Source: Stegostoma tigrinum | Taxonomy: Eukaryota | Direction of reading: 5' to 3' | Assembly: GCF_030684315.1 (NCBI RefSeq) | Contig: NC_081374.1 | Coordinates: forward strand, 38,104,630-38,168,629 | DNA length: 64,000 nucleotides | In this document: piece by piece, positions 61,845 through 64,000 of the stretch | Layout of the letters: every line of letters begins with the position of its first letter | How positions within the stretch are numbered: the stretch's first letter is position 1 | Program-made: the position numbers and the translations under genes | The notes under the pieces: model-generated | Databases searched by the model: none | Seen by the model: only the letters and a program-made list of their open reading frames with translations | What the model was told of the DNA's origin: nothing

Positions 61845-63300
61845 TAATATCTTTGTAAGTATTTTTTGCACTCTCTTTTTCAGTTTAAAATCCTTCCTAT
61901 AGCAGGGTGACTGAAATTGTATGCAGTACTCCAAATGTGGCGTTACGAATGTCTTGTACAGCTCTAATATGACATCCCAATTCCTGAATCAGTGCTCTGA
62001 CCAATGAAGGCAAGTATGCCAAATACTTCCTTCACCATCCTGTCTAATGGTGATGCAACTTTCAATGAACTGTGTACCTGTACCTGTGGGTCTTTGTTTG
62101 ACAACACTTCCCAGGGCCCTACCATTAACTGTGCAAGTTCTGCCTGGCTTGTCTAACCAAAATACAACACCTTGCATTTATCTGAATTAAACTCCATCTG
62201 GCACTCCTCATCCCATTGATCCAATTGATCAAGATGTCTTTGTAATCTTCGATAACCTTCTTTATCCACTGTACCACCAATTTTGGTGTCATCTACAAAC
62301 TAACCATGTCTACTACATTCTCATCCAAATCATTTTTGTAAATGACAGACAAAAGTAAAAGATCCTTGTGGAACACCACTGGTCACAGTCCTCCACCCTC
62401 CACTGCTGCCTTCTGTCCTCTATCATCAAGCCAATTTTTTTGTATTCAATTGGCAAGCTCTCCCTGAGACCTGTGACTAACTTTACTAATTAGTCTACCA
62501 TGCAGAATCTTGTCAAAGCTTTACTCAAGTCCATATAAATAATGTCTACATTCTGCGTCCCTCAATCTTTATGCTACTTCCCCCAAAAAATACAATCCAG
62601 TTTTGTGAAACACGATTTCCTTCTCACAAAACCATGCTGACTATCCCTAAGCAATTCATGCCACTCCAAATGCTTGTAAACCTATCTTTCAGAATCATCT
62701 CCAACAAAGGACTCACCATGAATGTCAGGCTCACAGCTCTATAGTTTTCAGGGCTTCTCCTTGCAGCCTTTCTTAAACACAGGCACAACATTAGCCACCC
62801 TCCAGCACCTCACCCTTGATTATAGATTAAACAAATATTTCTGCTGGAGGTCCCACAATTTCTTCCCTAATGTCCCACAACATCCTGGTATAAATTTGAT
62901 CAGTTCCTGGAGATTTATCCACTTTTTTTGTTTTCTAAGATCTCCAGCTCTTCCTCAAATGTGAACTGTTTTCAAAACATCAATATTTATTTCTCCAAGT
63001 TCTCTAGCCTCCACTTCTTTCTCCAAGTTAAAAAAACTGAAGTGAAATATTCATTTAATATCTCTCCCATCTCCTGAAGTTCAACACATAGATGACCTTG
63101 TTGATCTTTAAGGGGCGCTATATTCTTTCTCTAGTTGCTGTTTTTGCTCTTAATTGATTTCTGTGAATTATCATTAACCTTGTATGCCTCAGCAATCTCA
63201 TATTTCCCCTTTGCCCTCCTGATTTTCCCTTCTTAAGAATGCCCCCACATTCTTTATCCTCTTTAAGGGATTCATGTGATCCCAGTTGTCTATATCTAAC
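61845..63300 (-). mobile_element. CR1 LINE ORF2 relic
   Basis: Reverse complement of RT motifs (VDIIYMDLSKALTR; FVDDTKIGG; ALVRA). Confidence 0.78.
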
Positions 63301-63312
63301 GTGTAACTGTAA

Positions 63313-63892
63313 ACATAGAAAATAGAAGCAGAAATATGCCCTCTGACTGTTCTGCCATTCAATATGCCTACAGCTAGGCATCCAACTTAATAGCTTGTTC
63401 CTGCTTTTACCCTGTATTCTTTGATCCCTTTAGGGCCAAGTGCTATGTCCAACTCCTTCTTGAAATATAATGTTACGGTTCAACTGCATTCTATGGTTGC
63501 AAATTTCATATGGTCACCACTCTCGCTGAGTGAAGAAATTTCTCCTCATGTCAGTTATAACTGGTTTTACAACATATTCTTAAACTGTGACACTCTTCTT
63601 CAATCCCCTGCCAGCAGGAACACCCTTCCAACATCTACCCTGTCTAGTCCTGTTTATAATTTTATGTTTCTATAAGGTTCCCCCCTTATTCTTCTGAACC
63701 CCAGCAAATACAATATTAACTGATTCAACTTCTCCTGCATATGACAGTCCTGCCATCCCAGGAATTAGTCTGGTAAACCTTCATTGCACTCCCTCTATAG
63801 CAAGAACATCCTTCCTCAGACAAGGAGACCAAACTACACACAATATTTCCAGTGTGACCTCTCCAAGGCCCTGCATAATTGCAGCAATACAT
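63313..63892 (-). mobile_element. CR1 LINE 3' fragment
   Basis: Reverse complement of the tail (catagaaaatagaagcaga...) and of WSPCLRKDVLAIEGVQ*RFTRLIPGM. Confidence 0.78.
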
Positions 63893-64000
63893 TCATGTTT
63901 CTTTAGAATGGTTACATTAGAACAGTTAGGTGTGTACTTTTGACTGGCACAAATTCGATGAGCTGAAGGGCCTTTTTTCTATTTTGTAGACATCTACAAC

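Noticed and set aside
1-64000. CRISPR arrays, operons or other prokaryotic systems
   Set aside because: The sequence is spliced vertebrate genomic DNA. I saw no regularly spaced repeat-spacer array.

Overview
This is eukaryotic vertebrate DNA, AT-rich and repeat-rich. The repeat content (HE1-type V-SINE, HER1/CR1 LINEs, abundant Penelope-like elements) points to an elasmobranch (shark) genome; that assignment is inference. The window holds the promoter and first 12 coding exons of BLTP3A (UHRF1BP1, bridge-like lipid transfer protein 3A) on the minus strand. The ATG is at 50406 in a CpG island, exon 12 ends at 1373, and the gene continues past position 1. All 12 exons have GT donors (and AG acceptors for exons 2-12) with matching phases, giving 1564 coding nt. 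The rest is intronic or upstream DNA full of retroelements: CR1/L2/RTE/Rex-Babar LINE relics, tRNA-derived SINEs, an internally deleted Gypsy LTR element nested in a CR1 and itself interrupted by a LINE, and a solo LTR. The most unusual signal is a set of Penelope-like-element (PLE) derivatives from several distinct families. They carry minimal hammerhead-ribozyme motifs and repeatedly form short palindromes whose symmetry axis sits at the ribozyme core. Almost all ORFs in the supplied track are spurious or are TE fragments. All family names come from recalled sequence and motifs, not from a database search.
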